DNA from: Myxococcales bacterium
Lineage (GTDB): Bacteria; Myxococcota_A; Polyangia; Polyangiales; Polyangiaceae
DNA length: 24,233 nt
Reading direction: 5' to 3'
Assembly (NCBI GenBank): GCA_023248785.1
Contig: JAHFDX010000002.1
Coordinates: forward strand, 6,540-30,772
Of the stretch, positions 23,672-24,233 are shown piece by piece (the first letter of the stretch is position 1; each line of letters begins with the position of its first letter). The translations under genes and the position numbers were made by a program. The notes under the pieces were generated by a model that worked only from the letters and a program-made list of their open reading frames with translations, ran no database searches and was not told where the DNA came from.

Positions 23672-23813
23672 GAACTTCGAGTACTCGAGAGGTGTTCTGG
23701 AGGAAAGACCGACCTCGGCTCGTCACCAGAACTGACCCTCAAGGTTACGTTCCCGTAAATGTTCGAAGTCCCTGCGCTGTGCTCTCGTCTGTCCTCTTGA
23801 GGTGAAAACGTAC

Positions 23814-24233
23814 ATGAAACGTCTATTTGTTGGTTCGACCGTCGCATTGTGTTCGCTTGTGTCGTTGGGTGCATACGCCCGCAATTGCACACCCGGATCC
23901 GGCATCTGCGCTCACGCCGGTGCAGGCGTTGTTGTTCGCACGCCACACGCACCAAACGTCGTTGTGCGGACTCCCGAACCTCGCGTGGTTGTGGTTCACG
24001 GACGCCGGGTCGTTGTGCGGACTCCCGAACCTCGCGTGGTTGTGACCTCCGCGCCGCCACCCGTCGTCGTATATCGACCTGCACCACCCGTCGTTTATGA
24101 ACCCGCACCCGTAGTCATCGGATATGCACCGCCACCGACTGTTGTGTATCAACCAGCGCCGCCCGTGTATCAACCCGTATCGCCAGTTGTGTACGAACCA
24201 AGGCCAGCGCCTGTGTACCGTCCGGTGCCGCAT
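23814..24233 (+). CDS. Secreted Pro/Val/Tyr-rich repeat protein, 3' end outside the window (absent from the ORF track)
   Basis: GAGGTG SD, ATG 23814, open to the right edge: MKRLFVGSTVALCSLVSLGAYA-RNCTPGSGICAHAGAGVVVRTPHAPNVVVRTPEPRVVVVHGRRVVVRTPEPRVVVTSAPPPVVVYRPAPPVVYEPAPVVIGYAPPPTVVYQPAPPVYQPVSPVVYEPRPAPVYRPVPH. Confidence 0.85.
   Translation, partial: MKRLFVGSTVALCSLVSLGAYARNCTPGSGICAHAGAGVVVRTPHAPNVVVRTPEPRVVVVHGRRVVVRTPEPRVVVTSAPPPVVVYRPAPPVVYEPAPVVIGYAPPPTVVYQPAPPVYQPVSPVVYEPRPAPVYRPVPH
23958..24044 (+). repeat. Two identical 36-bp direct repeats (23958-23993, 24009-24044) encoding VVVRTPEPRVVV
   Basis: GTCGTTGTGCGGACTCCCGAACCTCGCGTGGTTGTG x2 with a 15-bp spacer; 51-bp period, in frame. 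Confidence 0.95.

Noticed and set aside
23958-24044. 36-bp identical direct repeats as a CRISPR array
   Set aside because: Only two copies, a 15-bp spacer, in-frame 51-bp period inside a coding region, and no cas genes.
23823-24233. Minus-strand 136-aa ORF with NHARFGSPHND repeats
   Set aside because: Antisense shadow of the plus-strand signal-peptide gene at 23814, which has an SD and coherent composition.

Overview
Gene-dense bacterial window, about 60% GC by eye (not computed). The many Asp/Ala-linker, Cys-rich lipoproteins and the sigma54-driven ferritin-like locus suggest Myxococcota (Polyangiales-like); this is an inference. Housekeeping and metabolic genes: 3' end of pyrG; a minus-strand four-gene URC-type uracil catabolism operon (MmsA-like dehydrogenase, URC1, URC4, upp) with a near-consensus sigma70 promoter overlapped by a palindrome; aceK; rho; a PlsC-type acyltransferase; and an rlmI-like/HAD/argD operon. 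Between them are many uncharacterised secreted proteins. Best candidate for a new system (19234-20490): a near-perfect sigma54 promoter, then a small lipoprotein with three W-x-H-E repeats, TGATG-coupled to a cytoplasmic ferritin-like diiron protein. This architecture resembles a RiPP precursor plus maturase. Other highlights are a secreted protein with a papain-like Cys-His-Asp triad, a lipoprotein with four CX3CX3C units, a frameshifted micro-lipoprotein, a Pho-box-like repeat, and a plus-strand Pro/Val/Tyr-repeat gene at the right edge missed by the ORF track. No rRNA, tRNA, CRISPR array or mobile element was recognised. All assignments come from motif recognition, not database searches.
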